Positions 1 through 8,063 of a stretch of 35,367 nucleotides of DNA are shown here, in pieces (positions within the stretch are counted from its first letter, which is position 1; each line of letters begins with the position of its first letter). Both the position numbers and the translations under genes were made by a program. The DNA is taken from NCBI GenBank assembly GCA_964582845.1, contig CAZOTW010000004.1, positions 1-35,367 of the forward strand. Reading direction: 5' to 3'. This DNA comes from an uncultured Gammaproteobacteria bacterium (GTDB lineage: Bacteria > Patescibacteriota > Microgenomatia > UBA10105 > UBA927). The notes under the pieces are model-generated. The model did no database searches, was not told the origin of the DNA, and was given only the letters and a program-made list of their open reading frames with translations.

Positions 1-10
1 TTTGAGACAT
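1..10 (-). CDS. 5' end of a gene running off the left edge (MSQ...)
   Basis: ATG at 8-10 on the minus strand, preceded by a strong SD AAGGAGG (+ strand cctcctt, 15-21). Only 3 codons are visible. Confidence 0.55.
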
Positions 11-61
11 ATATCCTCCTTTGTATTGTACACAATTTATATTTGCTTCGTAAGACTCTAT

Positions 62-436
62 TCACTCCCCTTGCTTTTGTATTCCGGGCGCTATAACAAC
101 CGCTCCCAACTTCTCTAGCATACCGTCACGGGCTTGAGGTGATCCGAGTAAACGTGCCTCGGCGAATAACGGGTGTTGCGCTAGCACATCCTGTGCTTTT
201 CCCTTTAGACTGTCAAACAATCGTACAAGTTCCACCATGACGACGCTTTCGGCTAAAAACCGAGACTGCTCGACGCTGGGCTCTTGATTATCTGCATTCA
301 ACCGATCGAGCAAGCGAATACTCAAGATATACCGCACTTGAGCGTATTCGAAATACGCTTGCGGCGGCTTAGGAAAATCTCCTTTGTAGCTGTCGCTACG
401 TAAGTCCAAACAATGTTCCAGATTTGGTTCTGACAT
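62..436 (-). CDS. hypothetical protein (~124 aa), first gene after the attenuator-like leader
   Basis: ORF track gives 62..445. A perfect SD AGGAGGTGA (442-450) lies 5 nt before the ATG at 436, so the start is moved to MSEPNLEH. Confidence 0.75.
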   Translation of the reverse strand: MSEPNLEHCLDLRSDSYKGDFPKPPQAYFEYAQVRYILSIRLLDRLNADNQEPSVEQSRFLAESVVMVELVRLFDSLKGKAQDVLAQHPLFAEARLLGSPQARDGMLEKLGAVVIAPGIQKQGE

Positions 437-497
437 ACTATTCACCTCCTTTCGTACACACTAATCCCAGTCCCGCTCAGTGGGACGGGTAACCATC

Positions 498-521
498 AAA
501 AAACCTCCCGTTACGGGAGGT
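498..521 (-). terminator. intrinsic terminator (attenuator 3:4 hairpin)
   Basis: Minus strand reads CCTCCCG-TAA-CGGGAGG followed by TTTTTT. Confidence 0.8.
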
Positions 522-549
522 CGTCTGGTTGTTTAAGAAAAGAGGGTTC

Positions 550-621
550 TTAAGCCGCCACACCACCTCCCAACGGTTGTTGGGTTGTGGTAGTGGTTGT
601 TTGTCGGTTATTAAGTTTCAT
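550..621 (-). CDS. Thr-rich leader peptide MKLNNRQTTTTTTQQPLGGGVAA (23 aa)
   Basis: Translated by hand. Six consecutive Thr codons (583-600), GGGGGA SD-like sequence upstream, and alternative pairing with the downstream terminator. Confidence 0.7.
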   Translation of the reverse strand: MKLNNRQTTTTTTQQPLGGGVAA

Positions 622-705
622 AAAGCTATCCCCCTTCGCCCTGGCTTCGGCGGGATTGATGGTTGCTAACTTCGTCTCGAAGACTCGACTCACTAAGCAA
701 CCATC

Positions 706-776
706 AAAAAAGCCACCCTTTCTCGTTGGATCCCTTCGGCTTTGCTCAGGGAGGTTCCATCCAACTTTGGTGACTT
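706..776 (-). terminator. long interrupted hairpin plus U-tract (second terminator-like structure, with a REP-like cap)
   Basis: Minus strand reads AGTCACC..GTTGGAT..CCCTGAGCAAAGCCGAAGGG..ATCCAAC..GGTGGCT-TTTTT. Confidence 0.45.
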
Positions 777-855
777 AATTTCCTTCTGTTACGCCGAATT
801 ACGCGCTTCTCTTTGAGGTTGGTTAGGTCTCATGTAAACGAGAAGATTGATACGT

Positions 856-884
856 ACTATATCGCACTACTATTGGCCTGTCAA
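856..884 (-). promoter_or_regulatory. sigma70-type promoter for the long leader
   Basis: TTGACA (879-884), 17-nt spacer, TATAGT (856-861). Confidence 0.65.
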
Positions 885-1192
885 GCAAGTGGTGGAAAAC
901 CACCGACATGTTTTTCTAGACGATCCAGCCGTTTTTCGTGTTCGTTGAGGATGGGAAGAATGGTATGACCCATGTAGCCTACAAGATCGCCCACAATTTC
1001 TTTTTTGAGTCGTTTTTCCATAGCAGCAAGGTCGTCTTTGGTAGCAAACCTGTTGAGGTCGTCTTTGGTAGCAAACCTGTTGAGGTCGTCTTTGGTAGCA
1101 AACTTCGCGTTGAAACGCCTCTCCATCGCAGTCAAGTCGTCTTTGGTGGCAAATACGGCTTTGAGTTTCTTGATATCAGCATCCGTAATCAT
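881..1192 (-). CDS. small coiled-coil protein with FATKDDL repeats
   Basis: 103 aa with four FATKDDL units. Preceded by TTGACA-17-TAGAGT ending 6 nt before the ATG (leaderless start). Confidence 0.8.
   Translation of the reverse strand: MITDADIKKLKAVFATKDDLTAMERRFNAKFATKDDLNRFATKDDLNRFATKDDLAAMEKRLKKEIVGDLVGYMGHTILPILNEHEKRLDRLEKHVGGFPPLA
1029..1103. repeat. 27-bp perfect tandem repeat, ~2.8 copies
   Basis: aggtcgtctttggtagcaaacctgttg at 1029, 1056 and 1083 (partial), with a degenerate copy near 1134. Confidence 0.95.
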
Positions 1193-1223
1193 ACATCCAC
1201 TCTACTGCGTGAAAAATACTCTG

Positions 1224-2807
1224 TCAATCAATTCCGGGAGTTTGAAAACCCAATGGATGATGAAGACCACACATCTCTTGAGCCACCTGATCAAAAATTT
1301 TTAAACTGTCAGTTTTCGAACTGCTTCGAGCCATTTTCAATGCCATACGTATCGCAGTTTGATAATCGACTGTCTGGTTGGAAAGAAGAATATTTTGAGT
1401 GTAGTCCAATATAAGCGCCAAGCCACTATAGTTTAAGCCTGAGGAAGCTTGAGCAAGTTCAGTAATAAATATGTGATGACTTCCTTTATCAGGAAATTGG
1501 TTGGAATCGATCATCTGCTGCAAAAAAAGCGTTCTCTGTTCTAGATCTGGAAGTGGAAAATACACAAGGTTAAATCTTCGTGCAAATGCTGCCTCGATGT
1601 CCGGATGATTTAATGTGGCCATAATATATATCCCATAGGTATCTGTCAATCTTTCAAGAAGATCGAGGGCATAGGCGCGCTTTTCAGGGTCCACCATACC
1701 TTTCATATCACCATTATTGAGTGATGACTCAAATAATGCCTCCACATCATCCATGAAAATAACCACCGGTAATTGAAATATTCGTTTGACTCGTTCTAGA
1801 TCCGGTAAAATTCTTCCTTGGAAGATATCTTTATTACCCGGTGTTTGCTTATACAACATGTCTACCGGTATTTTGACCGTAAGGACATCTGGGTAAAAAC
1901 TAAATAAACGTGCAATCATACTTTTTCCAACCCCAGGTGCACCAATTAAAAGAGTATTCATTGGTCTTCCTTTTCCAGTAGCAAGCGGAGTATATAAATT
2001 TTGTGCAATATTTTTTCGTTGCGTATCTAAACCAACTATTTCTTGCTCTAACGCATGAGGCATCAGTTCTGCGAGCATTTTTTGATACACACCAATAAAT
2101 ATGCGTCTTCTCGTGTTCAGAGTTGCTTCCATTTGTTCTTGAGTTGAAAGATCAAATTTTCCGGCCATAATGAGTGAAGTCATAATAGCAAGATATGCCA
2201 ATTCTACTTCGCTCAACAGAGAATCAGTGTATTGATGAATTTCTACAGTTCCGCGCGATGGAATGTCACCGTGATATTTGGCTTTGTTGACCGCTAAAGT
2301 TCCCACTACTGGTTTTTCTTGTTCACCCACAAAAAATACACCCGCATCTTGAAAAGGGTTTTCCAGTATACTCGACCCATATAGACTAGGAACGACAAAA
2401 TAACATGGCGTAGGAGAAGTGAATCGATGTCTTAGGTGCTGATAGTTTCGAGATAACTCTACAGGGAGATAGAAAAACGTGCCTTCACGTAGAAAGGCAG
2501 CATTGCTATAGAGATTCATCAGTACATTTTTGAGACTTTGTACTTTTGGTGGGTTATTTTCTGTGTAAGGAATAGATATTCTGATAAGGTCATGCTGACT
2601 GTTGCCGATTTTTGCTTTACTCAGACACGGTACTGAGATTGTCTCATTATATGTTCCTAAGAAAGAGTTTATGGTATCAGTAAAACTCGCCAGTCGATCA
2701 GGGTTAGCTCTGAGAGCATAAATGAGAGGGTTTTCTGATCGCGGGTATGTTGGTTTTTTACCAAAGGAATCTTGTTGGGAGAAAGGTGCTTCTTTATTCA
2801 TAAGCAA
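1224..2807 (-). CDS. AAA+ ATPase with unknown N-terminal domain
   Basis: Walker A GAPGVGKS, Walker B IFMDDVE, sensor-1 ATLNHP, arginine finger AAFARRF. Confidence 0.85.
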   Translation of the reverse strand: MLMNKEAPFSQQDSFGKKPTYPRSENPLIYALRANPDRLASFTDTINSFLGTYNETISVPCLSKAKIGNSQHDLIRISIPYTENNPPKVQSLKNVLMNLYSNAAFLREGTFFYLPVELSRNYQHLRHRFTSPTPCYFVVPSLYGSSILENPFQDAGVFFVGEQEKPVVGTLAVNKAKYHGDIPSRGTVEIHQYTDSLLSEVELAYLAIMTSLIMAGKFDLSTQEQMEATLNTRRRIFIGVYQKMLAELMPHALEQEIVGLDTQRKNIAQNLYTPLATGKGRPMNTLLIGAPGVGKSMIARLFSFYPDVLTVKIPVDMLYKQTPGNKDIFQGRILPDLERVKRIFQLPVVIFMDDVEALFESSLNNGDMKGMVDPEKRAYALDLLERLTDTYGIYIMATLNHPDIEAAFARRFNLVYFPLPDLEQRTLFLQQMIDSNQFPDKGSHHIFITELAQASSGLNYSGLALILDYTQNILLSNQTVDYQTAIRMALKMARSSSKTDSLKIFDQVAQEMCGLHHPLGFQTPGID

Positions 2808-2900
2808 ATGAGATGAAATATTCCACTTATACTTTGATAAAGAAGATTATTATACACCAAATACAACATTCTTACGGCTTTCCTCGTTTCCCAGCCATTC

Positions 2901-2927
2901 GCTATCATGTAACGGTACATGATAGCA
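2901..2927. repeat. palindrome, copy 1 (operator- or REP-like)
   Basis: gctatcatgta-acgg-tacatgatagc has 11-bp perfect arms. It overlaps a TGnTAGCAT -10 candidate for the gene at 2935. Confidence 0.9.
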
Positions 2928-2934
2928 TAGGTAT

Positions 2935-3384
2935 ATGACACAAGTTTCCAGAAGAAAGTTGTCGCGCGCTATACAAAACCGCATCTATACAATTTTCACG
3001 AAAATCATCACGGATGTCCGTACACAATCCGAAGTTGAGGCGCTTTTGGAGGACTTCCTGACACCGACGGAACGAGTCATGTTGCCCAAGCGTTTGTGCA
3101 TCGCCTTTCTTTTGCTTAAGGGGTATAGCCATCGGACGATCGCTTCATATTTAAACGTGAGTTTTACCACAATCAACAGGGTCAGTACCGCGTTACAGGT
3201 AAGCGGTAAGGGGTATCAGGTGATGCTGACACGGATGCAGCATCATGAGGAGCTGGAGTCTATTTTAGAAAAAATTGAAGAGGGCGTATTAGGAGTTTTA
3301 GCAGCGACTGGCGGGCCGAGCCGCGTATGGAGGAGTTTGCAACAAGAGCATCGAAAAGAAAAAAGCCCCCGTACCCCGTTTTAA
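2935..3384 (+). CDS. TrpR-like YerC/YecD family HTH protein
   Basis: LLEDFLTPTERVMLPKRL...LLLKGYSHRTIASYLNVSFTTINRV matches the family pattern. Confidence 0.85.
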   Translation: MTQVSRRKLSRAIQNRIYTIFTKIITDVRTQSEVEALLEDFLTPTERVMLPKRLCIAFLLLKGYSHRTIASYLNVSFTTINRVSTALQVSGKGYQVMLTRMQHHEELESILEKIEEGVLGVLAATGGPSRVWRSLQQEHRKEKSPRTPF

Positions 3385-3390
3385 TTTCTT

Positions 3391-3417
3391 GCTATCATGT
3401 AACGGTACATGATAGCA
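3391..3417. repeat. palindrome, copy 2 (identical 27 bp)
   Basis: Same sequence as 2901-2927, 6 nt after the stop codon. The arms extend to 13 bp here. Confidence 0.9.
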
Positions 3418-3426
3418 ATAGCAGAA

Positions 3427-3966
3427 TTAGTTGGGGGGATTGCGTGGGATGCGAAATGCGTAAACGTGATTGGCGGCGTCTTGGCGACACATCTTTATGT
3501 GCGGGAAAATAAAACTGTTGGAAACAATCAGCGTTTGCGGTTTTAGCTCGTGGGTCAGCTTTTTCTCCAGTTTTTCCATGCGCCACGGGAGAAGGTAGAT
3601 AAGTACGACGTCGGCGTCTTTAAGGTTCGCGCTCCAAAAACTCCCCCATGTCGTCCACACGCGTCCGCGATACCCCGTCAGGATAGCGCGTAGGTTCGTA
3701 TAAAGGGCTAGAAAGGGGTTTATCTCTATGCCGCGCGCAATTGCCCCTTTTTGGGCAGCAAGGAACAGGAGCCTCCCGTCGCCGGAGCCAAGGTCGTAGA
3801 CGATGTCGCCCTTTTGTATCCGCGCCAGGTCAATCATGGCGTTACTAGCCTTTTTGGTAGTGGGTACAAACGGCGCGCCCGTCAGAAAAGCGATGCACAG
3901 GTAGAGCATGAAAATCACCAGGCAAAATTGGAGGACAAGGATAAATAGAGATAAGGCAAGCGCCAT
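3427..3966 (-). CDS. membrane-anchored class I SAM-dependent methyltransferase
   Basis: N-terminal TM helix, GAPFVPT, VYDLGSGDGR motif I, GIEINP, DADVVLIYL. Confidence 0.9.
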   Translation of the reverse strand: MALALSLFILVLQFCLVIFMLYLCIAFLTGAPFVPTTKKASNAMIDLARIQKGDIVYDLGSGDGRLLFLAAQKGAIARGIEINPFLALYTNLRAILTGYRGRVWTTWGSFWSANLKDADVVLIYLLPWRMEKLEKKLTHELKPQTLIVSNSFIFPHIKMCRQDAANHVYAFRIPRNPPN

Positions 3967-4022
3967 AGGTATGCGGGCATTGTAATACGACTATCCCCTA
4001 CCGACAAGCGCATTATCTGAAA

Positions 4023-4580
4023 TTATTTTACCGGGTCGGCATAGACGACGCGCCGTTTTTGATCAAAATTCCCTTCGCAGGTATAGAGCGTCAATTGGTT
4101 TTTATCGCTCAATATTGACTGTACATCATGCTCGCCTACATCCCGGGATCCACTGACGACGTAGCGTTTCCACGTATTATCGTGTTGAATCTCCATGACG
4201 TCTCCGGGCATTAAAAGGTAGAGATCACGCCACAGGGTTTTCCAGTTGTGGGCGTAGAGTATGACATTCCCCTGTCCGGGAACTGCGGATGTGGCAAGCC
4301 ACGCGACGGCATCCGGAAACATGTCCCAGTCGTTCCCGCGGACAGTCGCCCGCTTAATCGGCAGGTTTTTGCCGATTTTAGGAATATTGATGGCGGTAGG
4401 AGGATCTTTGGTGGCAGAAGTTGGCGTGGGAGATCGGGACGGTGCCGTAGTTGATGGTGTTTTCGATAGCCGCCCCCGTAGGGAAGGTATTGCACCCGTG
4501 CCTGCATAGACAGTAGCTCCTGTGACAAGAGAGAGGATAACCAAAAATACGGTGGTATTTTGAGGTTTAGGAAGTTTCAT
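4023..4580 (-). CDS. sortase
   Basis: N-terminal TM. Catalytic triad motifs GNVILYAH, LTLYTC and KRRVV. Confidence 0.9.
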   Translation of the reverse strand: MKLPKPQNTTVFLVILSLVTGATVYAGTGAIPSLRGRLSKTPSTTAPSRSPTPTSATKDPPTAINIPKIGKNLPIKRATVRGNDWDMFPDAVAWLATSAVPGQGNVILYAHNWKTLWRDLYLLMPGDVMEIQHDNTWKRYVVSGSRDVGEHDVQSILSDKNQLTLYTCEGNFDQKRRVVYADPVK

Positions 4581-5511
4581 TTACCCGCGCGAGCCTGTGG
4601 CCCAGCAGGAAAACAATAAGAGCTGTAGCGAGTGAAATCACAAATCGTGGTAGCGCATAGTTTGAACCAGTCGCGGCTAAAGTATCCGTGGACGCGCCTA
4701 AGACCTGGCCGCCCGTTGAAGCACCTAAGACTTGTCCGCCAGCTGGCGGAGCGGTACAACTCGGGCAACTGGAGCGTCCATCGCTCCTGCCGTCACTCAG
4801 TCCATCGCCCGGGCCGCCACCGTTAGAAGGAGGCGGGGGGACATCAGTGGGCGTAACCGTGGGGTCGTTGGGAACACATTGCTGCTCTTCGTCGTAGTGA
4901 TACCCCTCGGGAAGTACCGGTTGATTCTCCGGAATGTTTGGACATACATCAACAGGAGGAGGCGTACAGGATTCTCCGCCTGTAACTTGTACCCCGTCAA
5001 CATCATATGCATCTGCATCGGGAAAATCGTTAAAATTATCCCGGTTACTTGTATCTGTTATTCGTACGTATTGGGCACACGTTATCCCTTCTGGTACGGG
5101 AACTGTATCATCCTGAGTAACCGTTCCGGCTGCGGTCCAGTTGGTTATTCCGTCTACGGAGACCTCTACTAAAGCAGTTTCATCGGGATATCCCTCGTTG
5201 GTTGCTTCAACAACGATGACTCCGCCGCTAAAGGGATTATCAAAGCGAAGTACAATGTTGCCGCCAAAACCAAGAGAAAAGAAATGTCCATCGACGGTGT
5301 CGTTTTCTGCAATACCCAATGCCGACTCTGGATTGCTCCTTAGGGGATTGACAATGCTTACTGGTGTTCCTCCTTTGGTATTTAGTTGATTAGAAGAAAA
5401 GACGCTATCTGCCCACGGGCCTGGGCCGTCGCCAGCGGCCTGGACATGTACCACTGCTACTCCCAACAACAAACAGCCAAAAACAATAAGGCCTGCAATT
5501 TTTGCTTTCAT
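4567..5511 (-). CDS. sortase-anchored surface protein (LAATG sorting signal)
   Basis: Signal peptide, acidic beta-rich domain (SLGFGG...YVRITD...YDVDGV), Pro/Gly linker, GGPGDGLSDGRSDGRS, GGQVLGAST x2, LAATG, TM helix, basic tail. Confidence 0.85.
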   Translation of the reverse strand: MKAKIAGLIVFGCLLLGVAVVHVQAAGDGPGPWADSVFSSNQLNTKGGTPVSIVNPLRSNPESALGIAENDTVDGHFFSLGFGGNIVLRFDNPFSGGVIVVEATNEGYPDETALVEVSVDGITNWTAAGTVTQDDTVPVPEGITCAQYVRITDTSNRDNFNDFPDADAYDVDGVQVTGGESCTPPPVDVCPNIPENQPVLPEGYHYDEEQQCVPNDPTVTPTDVPPPPSNGGGPGDGLSDGRSDGRSSCPSCTAPPAGGQVLGASTGGQVLGASTDTLAATGSNYALPRFVISLATALIVFLLGHRLARVNETS

Positions 5512-5577
5512 ACGTGTAGCTTAATCCTTATAACATCATCAGAGTGTCGCGTGCAACGGATCAATTTTTAGTACAAA

Positions 5578-6777
5578 CTATATCGTACCCAGAATCCGCA
5601 TCCAGTGTGCATATTCTTTTATCTTCATTGAGGTAAGGCGCCGGTCAAGCGATGCCCGGATATCCTTTCGATTCTGATACAGCGCGTAAAGCAGCCTGGT
5701 GAGGTTGGAGGTTGTCACCAGGTCCCCTTGCACACAATAGCGGCCCATTTTTATGGTTTGAGTAATACCTAGGGTCTTATGTTCATAGGCTATGGCGACA
5801 AACGGCGTTGTCTGGGTAGCCGCGAGTATATTTGCGTGCATGCGCATGCCCACGAGCAGGGCGCATCGGGCGTATATTTTTTGCGCATGATCGGGAGAAC
5901 GAAGAATAATGGGTTTTCTGACCCGCACGCCATGACCCATCATGAGGCGGGTAAGGCGACGTGATACAGATAAGTCAATGTCCCCATGTTTCGGAGCATG
6001 GACCTGCACAATCGGCTGAATGGATAAACCGGTTTTTTGGGCAAACGAAACAAGAGCGCTGGCAACGCTCGCCTCAAGTCGTTGCTGTACGTTTGGTGGA
6101 TACCAATTTCGGAGGGTAACGCCTACGACTGCTTGTGATTTCCTTGGGTTTTTTCCGTGTTTACGAGAAGGAAGAAGCAATCCATGATCCGGACCAAGAC
6201 GCGCATGGAGAAGGCCAAATTTTCGCGCTAGACGTAACGATATGCGTTCACGGATAAAAAGAAGGCATGGGAAAGAAAGTAGCTGGGCAACAAGCGCCGC
6301 CTGCCACCTGTACGCAAAAGGGCCGAAGCCCATGGGTGCGATGATGACTGGTTTTCCTGATCGACGAGCCACAAAAAACGGAACAAGTTGCGATAACAGA
6401 AATATCGATTGCGTTATTCCTTTCCGGGCCCGTAGGTACCCGTTTCCGACGAATATGATGGCATCGGCGTTTTTATAGGCGGCGAGAATATTCGTAAGCG
6501 TTTTATCTATCGTGAGTTGGGGGAACACAAGTTGGATACAAAGTATCGCGCATCGGAGCGCGCGATTAACCAATTTTGTATCCGTAAAAAGAAGCCATGA
6601 TGCCAGTAATCGCATCGTCGGAAGATGTATTTGTTTGGCTTGTGTTTCGGGATCAAACGACTGAATGACGACGTGAGACTTTGGCCGGGCATGTTTAATG
6701 ATGGATAAAAGAGAGAGAAGTTGCGCTTGATCGCCTATATTTTTCGGGCTTGTGGCGTTGGGAATCAGAATCTTCAT
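5578..6777 (-). CDS. polysaccharide pyruvyl transferase family (WcaK-like)
   Basis: NIGDQA, IRERIS, PD and GMRMHANILA...IAYEHK motifs. Confidence 0.88.
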   Translation of the reverse strand: MKILIPNATSPKNIGDQAQLLSLLSIIKHARPKSHVVIQSFDPETQAKQIHLPTMRLLASWLLFTDTKLVNRALRCAILCIQLVFPQLTIDKTLTNILAAYKNADAIIFVGNGYLRARKGITQSIFLLSQLVPFFVARRSGKPVIIAPMGFGPFAYRWQAALVAQLLSFPCLLFIRERISLRLARKFGLLHARLGPDHGLLLPSRKHGKNPRKSQAVVGVTLRNWYPPNVQQRLEASVASALVSFAQKTGLSIQPIVQVHAPKHGDIDLSVSRRLTRLMMGHGVRVRKPIILRSPDHAQKIYARCALLVGMRMHANILAATQTTPFVAIAYEHKTLGITQTIKMGRYCVQGDLVTTSNLTRLLYALYQNRKDIRASLDRRLTSMKIKEYAHWMRILGTI

Positions 6778-6789
6778 AAGAGTGAAGAC

Positions 6790-7335
6790 TTACTTACGCG
6801 AAAGCGCAGGGTCGTCGGCTATGGCGGTGACGACCAACCGTTTGGAGTCCAGAAATCCGGTACAGGTATAGAGGGTGATGCGAGCATCTTTGGAATTGGC
6901 AAGGATTCGCGTGTCGTCGGGTGTAACGACGGATAAAAACGCGACGGTGAATCCTCGGCGTTGTCCGTTTGACAGAAGCACGGTCAAGCGGTCCCCCGGT
7001 TTCACCAGGCGCAGGTTTCCAAGCAGATTTGGCCAATTATGGCCGTACATGATGCTGTTGCCTACGTCTCCCGGTACGGCTGAGGCAGACAAATACGAGA
7101 CGCCCCTTTTGGTGTCCTGCCATTGTCCGGTGGTTATCGTGGCTGGGACAATAGGTAGGGTAATATGGGCCGTAGGGATCGTCAGGACGACCGGGAAGGG
7201 GGTATTGGCTGAAGGAGCAGATAACTTAGGTAAGTCCCGAAATGAGAGGCGTAGCGGCGTTGTACGCTGCCACGTAAGGTACATACCAAACAGTACCAAA
7301 GCCACGCCGAGCGTGAGAAATATACGGTGTGTCAT
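6790..7335 (-). CDS. sortase (second paralog)
   Basis: GNSIMYGH, ITLYTC, KRLVV. Start reassigned to MTHRIF (7335), just after the upstream stop at 7343. Confidence 0.9.
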   Translation of the reverse strand: MTHRIFLTLGVALVLFGMYLTWQRTTPLRLSFRDLPKLSAPSANTPFPVVLTIPTAHITLPIVPATITTGQWQDTKRGVSYLSASAVPGDVGNSIMYGHNWPNLLGNLRLVKPGDRLTVLLSNGQRRGFTVAFLSVVTPDDTRILANSKDARITLYTCTGFLDSKRLVVTAIADDPALSRK

Positions 7336-7342
7336 AGGGGTG

Positions 7343-7978
7343 TTATTTGCGGGAAACCTTTTGGGATTTACGGAGTTTACTAGCAAACCCAAGAAGCATA
7401 CAAGCGACTCCCAGTGCGTATACACTCATAACAAAGAGGACGTCTCCGGTAAACGCCAGGCCCAATACGGCGCCTAACACTTGTCCGCCACGTCCGTCGC
7501 TTCGTCCGTCGCTTCTCCCATCGCTTAGGCCGTCCCCGGGTCCACCCTGGTTGGAAGGAGGAGTTGAAAGACAGCTATAAGAGCTATTTTGTGCTAAATA
7601 CCACCCGCCGTCCAATCCCCACGCGGAGCCGTCCGGAATAGAAATCCAGCCTTCGGATTCAAGTACTTTTATCTCGTCTTCTGTCAGGCTTGATGCTTTC
7701 CACCAATTGGTTTGGATGCCTTCTCCTGAAGCGGAGCAGAAGCATTGAGTGATAAAATCGCGATTCTCTGGATTTTGCGTGTATACGGTATCGCTGCCGG
7801 TATATGTCGCGGTGCTTCCTACTATCCCATGGGTTCCGTTGCCCCAGGAAGCAATCACTTCTCCTTGGGGATTGACGCACGAAGGAAATGTTGGCGTTTC
7901 CGTGGCATAAGCCGCCGTTACCGGAAGAAAGATGGCAAGGACGAAGAGGACGATAAAGAAACGCGCGATACGTTGCAT
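7343..7978 (-). CDS. sortase-anchored surface protein (LAFTG sorting signal)
   Basis: Signal peptide, Cys/Trp-containing domain, GGPGDGLSDGRSDGRSDGR, GGQVLGA, LAFTG, TM helix, KLRKSQKVSRK tail. Confidence 0.85.
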   Translation of the reverse strand: MQRIARFFIVLFVLAIFLPVTAAYATETPTFPSCVNPQGEVIASWGNGTHGIVGSTATYTGSDTVYTQNPENRDFITQCFCSASGEGIQTNWWKASSLTEDEIKVLESEGWISIPDGSAWGLDGGWYLAQNSSYSCLSTPPSNQGGPGDGLSDGRSDGRSDGRGGQVLGAVLGLAFTGDVLFVMSVYALGVACMLLGFASKLRKSQKVSRK

Positions 7979-8034
7979 TGATTTTTTGTCTCCCCCGGCA
8001 GAGGAATGCAGAACAGACTTTATTATAGGTTGAT

Positions 8035-8043
8035 ATTATAGCA
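8035..8043 (-). promoter_or_regulatory. extended -10 element upstream of the first substrate-sortase pair
   Basis: TGcTATAAT on the minus strand, with a TTGCAT-like -35 upstream. Confidence 0.5.
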
Positions 8044-8063
8044 CACGCGGGAGAAAATGCAAA

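Noticed and set aside
1029-1153. Possible CRISPR array
   Set aside because: The repeats are contiguous with no unique spacers, are in frame within a CDS, and there are no cas genes.
587-1414. Plus-strand ORFs 587..778, 938..1414 and 1005..1304
   Set aside because: They are shadows of the minus-strand leader and the repeat gene. The same applies to most short antisense ORFs in the track.
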